Source of the DNA: Octopus sinensis
Taxonomy: Eukaryota
DNA length: 64,000 nucleotides
Assembly (NCBI RefSeq): GCF_006345805.1
Contig: NC_043012.1
Span: 33,294,001-33,358,000, forward strand
Reading direction: 5' to 3'
In this document: positions 40,586 to 55,011 of the stretch, one piece after another
How positions within the stretch are numbered: the first letter of the stretch is position 1
Layout of the letters: every line of letters begins with the position of its first letter
Program-made: the position numbers and the translations under genes
The notes under the pieces: model-generated
The model's database searches: none
The model's input: the letters and a program-made list of their open reading frames with translations, nothing else
Told to the model about the DNA's origin: nothing

Positions 40586-41900
40586 CCAGATTTGTATGTT
40601 TTATGCATGTATTCTCATGCATATAGTTGCATGCCTAGACATGCTCATATATATTTAAATGATAAACTTCTGGAAAGTTTTACAGATTTTTATAGTTCCA
40701 GTGATGAATTGGATCTGTAGTCTTCGAATTAGCTTTCTCCTTTCTGGGTTTGAGAAGCCTAGTTTCTCAAGATTGGTATTTAGGCGGTGTGTTACATATC
40801 TCAGGCCCCCAATAATTACAGGTATAAACATGAACTTGTCGTCTGGATAGAGTAAGTGCAGATTCCTCAGTAGTTCAGCATAGGTATTCTCTTTTTCACT
40901 GATCTTAAGCTTTATGTTAACATCCGCTGGGCAGCTAATTTCCTCAACTGTGCACAGCTTCTCTTCTCTATCCCAAATCATCATATCAGGTCTGTTATAC
41001 ATACATGTTATTGAGGACTTCACTGGTATATTCTACCAGTATTCTTTTTTATCATGAGTGGCTATGGCTTCTATCATATTGTGAGTTCTTATTTCTTTGT
41101 CCACGGGATTATCCTTCCGACAGATTTTATTGTAGAGTGTCCTAGCTACAACGTCATGTCTCATCGGTATGGCTTTACTGCTTTACCTGCATCTCTATCC
41201 CTTTTGTGCATCAGGTACTTGGTTGATATTTCCTGTTCCTGGATTGTAAACGCATACCCTTCAAAGTGGGAGGTAGTTATCCGGCTATTGATCCTTGATA
41301 AATTCTTCGATGATCGAAATTACTATCAACACGGAGCTTTCTAGTAACATATCCATGCATAGTCTTCTGCTCATATAGTCTCATCCTTTCATCTAATGAT
41401 ACGTTGCGATAGAGTCGTGCGACTTCTTTGGGCGTGTATTCTAGGTTATCAAAGAGTGTTGTTCAAGGAGCTGCCCTCCAAGTCTTATGATGTTATCAGC
41501 CTCATGTATGGAAACTTGGTCAAGGGATGCACTTCAATGCTTGGTGGTTAAAAGGGATATGATGTGATATTCAAATGCATTATGGATCGATGTTAAGCCT
41601 CTTCCTCCTTGTTTTCGTTTTAGGTGTGGAAATTATGTAGAAATTATGTTTGCTTGTTAGTATTTTTCGGGTTTTCAAATCAATGGATCGGATCTCATCA
41701 AGCGTCCAATCAAGCAGCCCCAATGTTGGTATGAGTACTGGCACCGCAAACACATTGTGAGCCACTGTTTTACTGAATGCAGAGAGTTCTGAGGTCCAAA
41801 TCTTCTTTATTCGGCTGTAATATTCTTTAGTGACACCTGTTTTGTTACAGGTGTCACTGTAAGATATATTTTCATCCACTCCTAGATACCTGTATCCTCG
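40585..41900 (-). mobile_element. Dong/R4-clade LINE 3' portion near (TATG)n on both sides
   Basis: YRYLG, EYYSRIKKIWTSELS, NVFAVPVL, NRPDMMIWDREEK, IPVIIGGL. Confidence 0.9.
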
Positions 41901-42568
41901 TCAGATACAGGGGAAATCATAAATGGAGATGTTACTAGTCTGGTTTATAGTACCCCCCCATTCACAATCATAAAACAAAATTTATACGTACGTACGTATG
42001 TAAATATTTATGTATGTATGCATGCATGTATGAATGTATGTATGTTCGTAAGTACGTATCTATAAGTATGTGTATATGTGTGTATGCTTGTATGTATTAG
42101 TGCGTGTATGCATCGCAGTGATTGCTTACGATGGTGAAGCTGAAGGTGGGGAACGAGTAGTTTTTAGGGTGGGGACCACAAGACCTTAGCACGTGTGTGC
42201 ATCTCTAATAATCTAATCATATTTAGAATTTTAATATTTTAATGTTGCTTTAGACGTTTTAAAACTATGTATTAATTTTAAAATGCTTTTATTGAGAATA
42301 AAATAGTGAATTTTTTATTGCTCAACACTAAATAATTCAAGTTATAAAAATCAGTTTCAATTGTTTTCTTTTTTATTTCTTTCATGATTAAAAAAAAAGT
42401 TTCTAATGAAATCTGGTGTGAAGGGTGAAGGATCAGAAGCAATAGCCAGCTACAAAAAGAGGTGGGATGTTCAAAAGGTTAGGTTTATATATGTGTGTAT
42501 ATGATTATGTGTATGTATGATTATGTGTGTGTATAGCTATATATATGCATCTGCGTGTGTATAGTATT

Positions 42569-42667
<99 letters not shown>

Positions 42668-42676
42668 GTCTGTCTA

Positions 42677-42723
<47 letters not shown>

Positions 42724-42871
42724 GCCTGCCTGCCTGTGCGTGTGTGTGTGTGTGCGTGCGTGCGCACGTGTGAAAATGTATGTGTATGAATGCATGTATG
42801 TATGTTTGTGTGTCTATGTGTGTGAAGTTCTTGAATGCTAAATAAGAATGCGTAAGATATATATATATATG

Positions 42872-43211
42872 ATATAGTGTAAAATTAATTAATTAATTAA
42901 TAATTTATAATTTTACCAAGTAGTCAGTACGTTAAAAAAACCTTTTTAGGTGATTTATATATAATATTCTATAATTATATACGTAATTATAATCAGGGCT
43001 CAGCTGAGCGCCTCGCCTCGTACTGAATTAGAAATAGACACTAATGTCTTTTTAACTACCATAAAAATCTCCCATACAATAACACACATTTTTTATGTAG
43101 GCAAAAAGAAAAATGAATCCTTACGACTTTCAGTTAACCACAGACGCGTTTCAAATTTAAAGTAAATTATATTTATCTTAGGTAAATATAATTTACTTTA
43201 AATTCTTTTTG
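42872..43211 (-). mobile_element. Penelope-like terminal element with degenerate hammerhead and conserved structured motif
   Basis: Minus strand: long hairpin (43154-43204) then GAAACGCGTC (43152-43143). Downstream motif shared with the fold-backs at 37110 and 38848. Confidence 0.5.
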
Positions 43212-43234
43212 CATAAGTGTATTATTGTATATAT

Positions 43235-44092
43235 ATACAGCTAAATGATAACCGCTAACTTTTATCATATAAATTTAGTTTCGGTTTGTTTTATTGGCGC
43301 TAAAACCTCTAAAAACAAACCTAGGGAGCTGAAATTTTCATGTAGTGGCTTAGACATAGAGCTTTCCAAAAAGGTATAGCATGCCAAGATCAATGATAAT
43401 CACGGTGTACTACTTTGACGGGCCTTCTCCATTGCCTCAACGTGTTGCTGGTTGCCCTTCATAAACATCAGTCTCTCAAAGTTACCATCTGACAGGATGG
43501 CGTTCTTGTCCCTCAAAATATCTCTTCCTGTAGAGAATAGGCGCTCAACTGCAGCACTGGATGAGATGGGGGTGTTATACTTGGTCAACTGTTCCTCTTA
43601 TCCCTTGACGTAAGGACAAAGTAGTCGTCCAGGTAAGGATCCCGGGTTTCTGAGACTCCTGGCTCTCTATCTGAGCGACCTCTACCTCACACACAGCCGT
43701 TGCAGATTCCTCAACATACCCTTCATCCTCAGGCCCAACAAAAACGTCTCCACTTTCCATAACTAAAAGCGATAACTTGATATGCCAATAACGTAGACTG
43801 CTGTCGCTGACACTGTAAGACTGTCTGTAATGTGACAACGTCGTAAGTGAACACAACTCAAAATTGCAGAATTACACAATACGGCTCAGGTAGCTGCTGC
43901 TGCTGCGTCGACTAATCACGTCTTGTCACGTGTACACGTAATCAGCCAGTAGCGTGCCTGACGGACTCTTCGGACTTAAAATTTAATGGAAGCTAATTGG
44001 TCCGCTGATGGTTTCCAAAGTTAGCGAAAACTCTAATCCGCTAAACGAAAAGTTAGCTTCACTAATTAGCTGTTAGCGGAACCGTGCCCACC
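43235..44092 (-). mobile_element. hAT DNA transposon remnant
   Basis: KYNTPISSSAAVERLFSTGRDILRDKNAILSDGNFERLMFMK matches the hAT C-terminal dimerisation motif. Subterminal (c)gctaa repeats. Confidence 0.8.
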
Positions 44093-44096
44093 ATAA

Positions 44097-44209
<113 letters not shown>

Positions 44210-44331
44210 TTGTGGAATTTGATTTAGTATTTCTAAATTGAATTTTTCCCTGTAAGTTAGGAATGATATTCCCTCAAATAATTATTATATATATATATAT
44301 ATATACATATAGTGTGTGTGTGTGTGTGCGT

Positions 44332-44422
<91 letters not shown>

Positions 44423-44825
44423 AACGGAAAAAGAATAAGAGTTGGAAATAGAGAGAGAAAGACAGTAAAAGAGAAACCAAAGCTGACCCAACGGAGGGTT
44501 CAGCTATTGAAGTTGACAGATGTATGTCAAAAGGTCAATTAGGAAATTAAGTCAATGGAAGCAACTGGACCATGGTGGACAGTTGCTGAGATGATGGAAA
44601 TATGAGGCAAAATAGGACGCGAAATAATCACTTCAATAGCGAATCAGATAGCACAAAGAGATGTTATTTGAAATGATTGTTGCAGCAGTATTATTGTCCA
44701 TTACATCAAGGACTTGAAAAATATTCTAGGAACATCAGATTTATTGGAAAGAAAATTAGTTTAGACGAGTTGCAGTTCTTAATTAACCATGAGTAAGCCA
44801 CTGTACTCAATATTAATTAATTTAC

Positions 44826-45045
44826 GGAGGCGGTGAGCTGTCAGAGTCGTTATAATGTACGAAGAAAAGCTTTGTAGTATCTGTTCCGGTAATTTAGAAT
44901 CTGAGTTCAAATCCCACTCAGGTCGGTTTTGCTTTCCATTCTTTCTGGGTCTATAAAATAAAGCGCCCCTCAAATAATGGGGTCAATGGATGGACTATTT
45001 CCCTCCCGTCAGAATTGTTGGCCTTGTGCCTAAATCAGGAACCAT
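44826..45045 (+). mobile_element. Old S1 SINE copy
   Basis: ggcggtgagctgtcaga head, gagttcaaatccc B box, degenerate core. Confidence 0.65.
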
Positions 45046-45184
45046 TAATTAGGTCTTGTAGATAAGGAAGTCTCTGGATGTGGACTAATAGTTGGTGAGA
45101 GCCATATTCACGATGGAGTGGTGACTATCAGAAAAGTGATTGTTAATAAAAATAATAATAATAGTAGTAGTAGTAGTAGTAGTA

Positions 45185-45238
<54 letters not shown>

Positions 45239-45239
45239 G

Positions 45240-45935
<696 letters not shown>

Positions 45936-46262
45936 TAATAATAATGATAATAATCAAAAAAGCTTCAAACGTAGAAACAAGCCCTACGATCACAAAGTCA
46001 GCAAAACTAACCTAGTGAAAGCAAAAGTCTTAGTAAAAGGGTATATAAAACTCTGTCACTATTTAGGAAGCAGTCTTGCAGAAAAGATATTAGTAGGGAT
46101 TCAAAACTGTTTTTAAAGTGAGTGAGAGCTTCTAGAAGGCTTCTAGTTGATAGGTTATTGAAAACTAGAAAACTTTATTAGTAGCGATGGTGCAATATAC
46201 AATAGGCATAATAAGAGCGGAATGTCTGCTTAATTTTAGTGTAATAGTTATTTCTTTTATAT

Positions 46263-46341
<79 letters not shown>

Positions 46342-46352
46342 CACACACACAC

Positions 46353-46735
46353 ACCGGGCTGTGTATTGTGTTCTTGAGCAAGACACTTTATTTCACGTCG
46401 TTCCTGTTCACTCAGGTGTAGAATTGAGTTTCGATATCACAGGTGCCAAGCTGTACCTTTGCCTTTCCCTTGAATAACATCGGTGTCATGGAGAAGAGAG
46501 GCTAGTATGCATGGGCGAGTGCTGGTTTTCTGTAAACAATCTTGCTCGGACTTGTGCCTAGAAGGGTAACACGACAGGCTCCTTTCAGTTTCCCGCTACC
46601 AAATCCACTCACAACGCTTTGGTCGACCCGAGACCTTAGCAGAAGACATTTGCCCAAGGTGTTAGGCAGTATAACAGAACACGGAATCATGTGGTTGAGG
46701 AGCAAGCTTCTTACCACGTAGCCACGCCTGCGCCC
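46353..46735. mobile_element. S3 fragment (plus, 46353-46570) abutting S2 5' half (minus, 46575-46735)
   Basis: Similarity to 31490-31700 and to the reverse complement of 5105-5265. Confidence 0.7.
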
Positions 46736-47296
46736 AATGCATAGAATACCAGAGATTTTTTCAGTTACTGATGTTGCACATAACCAGCAGGATTATAGGC
46801 AAAATAATTATTTGCGACAGAAGCAATGCTAGCATCAAAAGGTAGTCTTTATATCTTTGACCTTTACCATCTAAAAGCAAACGGATTAAATTCAATAATG
46901 CCAAAGACAACAAAAATACTGTCGCACCTTGTGCCTACCTAACAAAAGACAAATACCCCCCAGGCTTCTTGACAAAGTTCTACACGCATTGATAAATTCT
47001 AAATAATAACATGACCTCAAATTTAATCAATTAAAATTTTTCCATAACAACCAACCATGCAAACCTATTTACCACCACACTGAAACCCACACACCCAAAG
47101 ATGATCTTAACTGGACAGAAACTATATAATGGCATTGCAGTCCGACGATGGCTTACTTGGTTGAAACTTCGAAATCACTGTCAACAACATTCTTGTATAA
47201 AAATAATAAAATTGTACTCTACAAAAATATACAGTAAATCATCAGATTTATGTAAAATTGCTTTTATTATAACTAAACGTAAAAAGTAACAGTATA

Positions 47297-47415
<119 letters not shown>

Positions 47416-48061
47416 GTATGTATGTATGTATGTATGTATGTATGTATGTATGTATGTATGTATGTATGTATCTATCTATCTATCTATCTATCTGTCTGTC
47501 TGTCTGTCTGTCTATTTATCCTTCTATCTATCCATCTATTTATCCTTCTATCTATCCATCTATCTATCCATCTATCTAAATTAATTAATTTAGTTTAATT
47601 AATTAATTAATTAATTAATTTACATCTGAGTGTTCATACCGAATGAATGCCAAGGTAGGTCGGTGGGTATGAATGATAAATGTGTGTGTAATTGTGAACA
47701 AAGTTTGGGAACTCTGTGGAGTTTGTAGAGATGATACATTTGGGGATAATGGAATTTAAAACTAACTGAAACTAAATATACTCTTCTGAGTGGTTTTCAT
47801 AAAACGCATCCTGGTGTAGGATAAGAATTTAGAGTTGAAATCTTAGAGTTTATATGCGATGCTGTGAAGCAATTAATGGCAGCTTTTCTTTAAGGTTCCA
47901 GTTCAATAATTTACATTGGCAGGAGTCTGAGTTAAGTCCTGCATTGGGAATATACCAATTTCCTACCTTATCAGGACCTACAATATATGTGAAAAAATTC
48001 CCTAACTGGCTATGTCTAATCAAAAAATTACTTATTTACTAAGGTTTAAACATCATCTTAG

Positions 48062-49342
48062 TCACATTACGCAGCAATACATCGGTGCCAGCATTCCTGC
48101 CACTTTCGGAATCTGTCCTGGAAGTCGTTCTCCGTAAGCAAGTCGAAGACCTTCTGTGATTCACTCTGGATCTTGGCAACGGTGTTAAAACGGCGACCTT
48201 TGAGCTGCTTTTCTATTGGGGAAGAGATGGAAGCCCGCATGTGCTAAATCTGGCGAACAGGGTTGGTGTGGAAGCGATATCATGTTGCTTTTGGCGAGAA
48301 ATTCACGAGTGAGAACTCGGTGATAGGGTGCATTCTCGTCCTGAAGAATCCAATTCTTCACGCTCCACAAATCCGGTCGCTTTCGACAAATGTCCTCCCT
48401 GAAACACTTCAAATTCTTTGCAGTAGAACTCTCAATTGATTATCTGGCTCGGGATAATGAATTCTCGATGCACAATACTGCGAATGTCGGAAAAAAAAAC
48501 CTAGTGAGCATGCTCTTGATTGAGTTGCGGCACTGTCGTACCTTCTTCGGTCGTGGAGATGATGGGGGTCTTCCATTGTGACGAGGCTCGTACCCGTAGA
48601 CCCAACACTCGTCACCGGTGATGATCCTCGACTGACTTCGACGCAATGTTCGTTCTGCTCAGTGGTCAGCGGGCTGGGGACAAACTTGGCAGAGACGCGC
48701 TGCATGTTCAATTCAGACGTTAGGATTGCCTGCCACAGGCCCATATGACGGACCAACAAGATCAACAATGTCATGGATTGCCTTTCTCCGATCCTCATGC
48801 CCAAACTGAAGAATTTTCTCCACATTTTCGGGAATGATGCTCGTGGCAGGTCTTCCAAATCATCCATCGTTTTCCAGGGACGTCCTTCCGCTTTTGAAGT
48901 GCCCGTGTCACTCGAAACATCGCGTACGACCCATTGCCTTGTAGACGTAAGCTTATCGAAGCATGCCCAATGTATCTGTAGGAAACTTCCCAAGTATAAC
49001 GCAAAATTTCACGTTGGTTCCTTGTTCCATCCAACTTCCTGCCCGTGACAAAATCACAGACTTCAGCATACTCGTATTGACACACGCACATACACTCACA
49101 CATACACATGCGCACAAACACGCACACGTTGTTTTGAAGATGGAGTCTGTGACAATGGTCTTGGACATCTTCATTTTGGCGGACTTCTGCAGGTCTTTCA
49201 CGAAGTGACCTGAGCGCTACAACAAGTGCTTTGAAGTCAGAGGATCGTACTTTGAAGGCGATGAGAGCTTTGTACTTCTTTGAAATTAATAAATGTTTTT
49301 CCTGAGAAAGTCTCAAAACTTCTGGAATGCACCGCGCGCGCG

Positions 49343-49343
<1 letters not shown>
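48062..49343 (-). mobile_element. Mariner transposase pseudogene(s)
   Basis: EQGTNVKFCVILGK, VSAKFVP, IITGDECWVYGYEP, WILQDENAPYH, PCSPDLA. Multiple frameshifts. Confidence 0.88.
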
Positions 49344-49388
<45 letters not shown>

Positions 49389-49393
49389 GGTGT

Positions 49394-49436
<43 letters not shown>

Positions 49437-49489
49437 TGTGTGTGTGTGTGTGAGTGTGTGTGTGTGTGTGTGTGAAGATAATTGGATTT

Positions 49490-50070
49490 CAAAGCTGATG
49501 TTCTCCGGTGATCTGTGCACTGGAAAGCATCCTCAGCAGAAACCACAACGAAAGTTTAAAGACTGCCTAAAAGACAGAACGATTAAGGATAATCGACCAG
49601 ACATTGTCATTAAAGACGGAGAAGAAAACACTTGTAGGCTAATAGATGTAAGTGTTCCCACTGATGAAAAATATATCTGTAAAAGGATTTGACAAATTAA
49701 GTAAATATAAGGTCCTGGAAATTGAAATACAAAAAGATGTGGCATCTTAAGGCGAGAACTTTTCCTGTTATGGCAGATGCCCTAGGTATGATAAGAAAGG
49801 GATGTCAGAAACATCTAGATAATATCCCTGGAGGACCATGTCTCAGAGAAATCCCAAATATTATGCTGACAAGTATTGCCCACATCCTTAGAAAAACCCT
49901 ATCAATTTAAATGTCTGTGTTGTATTATATGTAGATATTTCGCTACTGTCACTGCCACTTCCCCTCCCCAAACTTTTAGTTATACTGTAACATCTCTTAT
50001 CCTTCACTCGCCTTAGGATCGTGGGTGTGTCTCGGCGAGTGATTGTAAGAAACATGCAGATTAAAAGTAA
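49490..50070 (+). mobile_element. Short RTE fragment (49490-49570) joined to a Dong/R4 3' end, ending in (AAC)n
   Basis: GDLCTGKHPQQKPQRKFKDCLK, then DRTIKDNRPDIVIKD..CRLIDVSVP and ALGMIRK...AHILRKTLSI*. Confidence 0.75.
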
Positions 50071-50096
50071 ACAACAACAACAACAACAATAATAAT

Positions 50097-50305
50097 CTTT
50101 TCTACTCTAGACACAAGGCCCGAAATTTTTGGGGAGGTGGGGCAGTCGATTAGATCGACTCCAGTACACAACTGGTAGTTAATTTATGGACCCCAAAAGG
50201 ATGAAAGGCAAAGTTGAACTCGGCGAAATTTGAACGCAGAACGTAGCGACAGGCGAAATACTGCTAAACATTTCGTCCAGCGTGCTAGCGATTCTGCCAG
50301 CTCGA
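50097..50305 (-). mobile_element. S1 SINE (ATT-tail variant)
   Basis: S1 core. Confidence 0.8.
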
Positions 50306-50435
50306 TAGGCCATAGGGCAACGGGTTTTAGTGTCTGAAGAAACGTTGCAAAGCTAGACGCTTTATGGACGTGAAATCCAGGTTAACCCATAGGCCGGCCA
50401 TTATCTATCTATTTATCTATCTATCTGTCTATCTG

Positions 50436-50502
<67 letters not shown>

Positions 50503-50503
<1 letters not shown>

Positions 50504-50636
50504 GGGAGAGTTTATGAAAAAAAACAAAAGACGAAGAGAGATGGTGTACAAAACAAACAGATGTATTAGTATACTGCTCAGGAATAGAAAAAGTCGTTTA
50601 CGTTTCGAGCCTACGCTCTTCTACGGAAAGGGACAC
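50503..50636 (-). mobile_element. Penelope-like terminal fragment with hammerhead-like motif (50594-50631)
   Basis: CCGUAGA A GAGC-guag-GCUC GAAAC GUA. Same family as 58945-59105. Confidence 0.55.
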
Positions 50637-50706
<70 letters not shown>

Positions 50707-50953
50707 AGTAAATAAAGCAATTTCCGGTGTTGAGTCCCTTTTCCCCTATTGTCCTTTACACGCACACACACTTACGCCTGCGTACACGTTCACACACGCA
50801 TACATAAACACATACATAGACTTGTAAGTGTGTACTTAATAAATGCCTTTTAACTCTCTGTAAATATGTGTATGTATATAAATATATATGCTATATACAC
50901 ATTTATATGATTATGTACATAAATATATATATATATATATATATTATAGATGC

Positions 50954-51027
<74 letters not shown>

Positions 51028-51032
51028 ATATA

Positions 51033-51074
<42 letters not shown>

Positions 51075-51105
51075 TATATATCCCATATATTTATATATCT
51101 ATATA

Positions 51106-51176
<71 letters not shown>

Positions 51177-51215
51177 CACATATATATATATATATTATAT
51201 ATCCACATATATATA

Positions 51216-51255
<40 letters not shown>

Positions 51256-51576
51256 TATATCTATATACAAATATATATACAATGCATATATATGCATATG
51301 CAAATATATATATTATGTGTGTGTGTGTGTTTGAGTGTCTGTATGATATGATATGGTGTATATAAATATGAATGTATATAAGTAACACCTTTTCTTGAAG
51401 GCATGACTATTTGTCTCTGTAATCTTATATTTTTTATTAAACACTTTTTCATCCATAAAAATGGTTTGCTTTGTATCAGTTCAATAGTTTTGTTGCTTAG
51501 CTTCTAAAGGTGTTTCTCCTCTGGTGAGTAAATATGTGTGCGTGCGTGTGTGTGTGTGTGCTTGTTTGTTTGTTGA

Positions 51577-51609
<33 letters not shown>

Positions 51610-51807
51610 CTATGTGTGTGTGTGCGTCCGTTTATCCATTTACACACTTATCTCTGCTTGTACGCTTTCGTGCTTGTGACAGTCTGTCTCTCTCTGACAG
51701 AGCGTGCGTGTGTCCGTGACTATTTGCTGATAAGGTGTGTAATGGGTGGTGTATGTATGTGTGTGCACGCACGCGTGTGTGTATGCGTGAATGTGAGCGT
51801 GAGTGTC

Positions 51808-51857
<50 letters not shown>

Positions 51858-52569
51858 GTGCATGCTCTCTAGGAGGTGGATGAGGAGGGAGAGGTGGGAG
51901 GAGGCAGGCGGAAGTGTTGGACGCGTGCTTGTGACTGCGTGGATATAATTACTTCAGTGAACTCCTGGTTCGGAGTGTGCGCTTGTGGTGTATATGAATG
52001 TGTGTGCGTGAGTGTGTGTCTTATTGGGGGTGGGTGGGGGTGATGGTGTGTGTGTGTGTGTGTACGTGTATGCTGTTATATACCTGTATACGCATAATTA
52101 TCTCATATGTGTATGCGCATGTCACACACACGCACGCACATACGCGCACATACACAAGAGCGTATATATTATATACGCATGTATGTGCATCTACGATTGT
52201 ATAAGTATGTTTCGCATATGTGCATCTATGTATATATATATTTTGACACATATATACGTATACATGCATGCATATACATATATACACAAATATATATATA
52301 TATACATATATGCATAAATATATATATAGATATATATATACACATACATACACACACACACACACACATATATATATACATATTCATACACACGCACATA
52401 TATGTATACACACATACACACACACATAAACAATGTATATTATGTGTAAATATATATATATATATTTATCTCAAACACACGCACATATGTGTATATATAC
52501 ATTCACACACATAGACACAAAGACGCACACACAAACACCACAAAACACATAAACAATGTATATTATGTA

Positions 52570-52614
<45 letters not shown>

Positions 52615-53105
52615 TATATATATATATATATATATAATATATATATGTATGTATACATATATAACGACACACGTTGACACATTCACGTGAGAATAATCTA
52701 TGGACACTAAATTAAGAGTGCAGGTGAACTCTGAAGCGAGTGTACCCTTTTGGACTGATCACCTCTCTCCTGGCTGATTTGGTTATCAAACAGTTCAATA
52801 TATATGATGAGGGCGACGGTGGCTGTGGATTGTGGTGGCGGTGGTTGCTGCGATGGCGGTGGTGGCGTTGGCGGTGGTGGCGTCGGCAGTAATCTTTTGC
52901 AGAGTTGGCGGTGCCAGCGTTGGCGACGATGGTGAGATTATTGGTGCTGGTGGTTTTGACAGTGCTTGCGATGACGCCATTGCAATGGTGTTGTTGGCGT
53001 TAGTGGTAGTGGTGGTGGTGGTGGTGGTGGTAAGTATTGGGGGTGGGGGTAAATGGTAGTGGTGGCAACGGTGGCGGCGACGGCGGTGTTGTTGTTGTTG
53101 TTGTT

Positions 53106-53205
53106 NNNNNNNNNNNNNNNNNNNNNNNNNNNNNNNNNNNNNNNNNNNNNNNNNNNNNNNNNNNNNNNNNNNNNNNNNNNNNNNNNNNNNNNNNNNNNNN
53201 NNNNN
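53106..53205. other. Assembly gap (100 N)
   Basis: Run of N. Confidence 1.
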
Positions 53206-53232
53206 ACGAGCCTTTTGCTGTTTTATCATAAA

Positions 53233-54171
53233 CTGGCTGAGTAGCCCGTCGTCGCCGGGAAATTTTTACTATAGAATCTCGTATTTAAATCTTTGTTCCA
53301 TGTCAGACCATATCTTACCCGACAGATTTGTGAAAATTTTCACAAAAAACTTTGTTGAGGATTTTTTCTTTTTAAAATTATTTACATAGTAGGCGCAGGA
53401 GTGGCTGTGTGGTAAGTAGCTTGCTTACCAACCACATGGTTCTGCGTTCAGTCCCACTGCGTGGCACCTTGGGCAAGTGTCTTCTACTATAGCCTCGGGC
53501 CGACCAAAGCCTTGTGAGTGGATTTGGTAGACGGAAACTGAAAGAAATCCGTCGTATAAATATGTATATATATGTATGTGTATATGTTTGTGTGTCTGTG
53601 TTTGTCCCCCAACATCGCTTGACAACCGATGGTGGTGTGTTTACGTCCCCGTAACTTAGCGGTTCGGCAAATGAGACCGATAGAATAAGTACTGGGCTTA
53701 CAAAGAATAAGTCCTGGGGTCGATTTGCTCGACTAAAGGCGGTGCTCCAGCATGGCCGCAGTCAAATGACTGAAACAAATAAAAGAGTAAAGGAGTATAT
53801 CTGTTCGACCGTTTCACATGACTTTATTCATTAAAACTTATTAAAAGTTCAGAAATTCTTACAACTTTGGTCATCGTAGTGCTTTGCTTTCGTTTTGTTT
53901 AATAAAAAATTCCTCCTCATAATGATTTTGCTTTCATTTTGTGATAGCTATTATGCAGAAAATACCAGGTTCCAAATCCTGTTTTTTTGATTAGGTAAAA
54001 TTGATCAGACTTTAAATCTCTGAAACATTTTTTCTACAATTTTTGTGGAATAAATATCTAACAAAATCGGATTCAACGTGATATTTAGTATATTAATAAT
54101 ATGCTAAATTTCAAAATATGTGACAGCAACAGAGAGGACCCGACCGACATAGAGAGACAGACATTTATAGA
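53233..54171 (-). mobile_element. Non-autonomous Helitron-like element interrupted by an S2 SINE
   Basis: Minus strand starts A|TC at 54171 and ends with hairpin cccg-gcgacga-cggg then CCAG|T (CTAG-like) at 53233. Confidence 0.5.
53391..53795 (+). mobile_element. S2 SINE, full length
   Basis: Near-identical to 5105-5530. Confidence 0.88.
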
Positions 54172-54217
54172 TTTGACGCAAACACATACAAACACACACA
54201 CGTGCACACACATATAT

Positions 54218-54449
54218 GTTTCTTTACTACCCACAAGGGGCTAAACGCAGAGGGGACAAACAAGGACAGACAAACGGATTAAGGCGATTAGATCGACCCC
54301 AGTGCGTAACTGGTGCTTAATTTATCGACCCCGAAAGGATGAAAGGCAAAGTCGACCTCGGCGGAATTTGAACTCAGAACGTAACGGCAGACGAAATACG
54401 GCTACGCATTTCGCCCGGCGAGCTAACGTTTCTGCCAGCTCGCCGCCTT
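54218..54449 (-). mobile_element. S1 SINE, full length
   Basis: Same as 8968-9202. TSD-like cacatatat on both sides. Confidence 0.88.
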
Positions 54450-54548
54450 CACACATATATACACACACACATACACATTTACAAACATACGCACTGGTAA
54501 TCACGATTTTAAGATGTTGCATAGTAGACACACATGTGTGTATGTATA

Positions 54549-54579
<31 letters not shown>

Positions 54580-55011
54580 GTATGCGCGTGTCCGTGTATG
54601 TGTCTGTATGTGAGTGCTTCCTTGTGATGGACAGCAGAAACGATGCCTGTGGAAATTGCCAACTTATTAAACTCCCCCACACCCACCTTTCTTTCCCTTC
54701 CTCGGTGTTTTAAAAGTTACCTTTGCGTATATGTATCGGTGCATGTGTGTGTGTATGTGTGTGTGCGCGCTTTTCTGTGTATGTATGAATCTATATATTT
54801 ACCTACGTTTACGGATGCAGCGTCCGTTGTAATATATTCTCATATCTTTCTCCAAGCCCCGCCCACAGCATCGAAATTTCCAAATTTATATTCTTTCACT
54901 AAACTACTACCTTATTCCTCTCATTCAATTCCAGTCCGAGCGCCTTATACTTCCTTATACCGCACAGCCAAAACAGCCGAATGACTGCCAAGAGTTTTAT
55001 AAGTTATAAGA

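Noticed and set aside
52795-53105. T/P/A-rich ORF next to the gap
   Set aside because: Degenerate (GGT/GTT)n low-complexity sequence with no domain or splice support.
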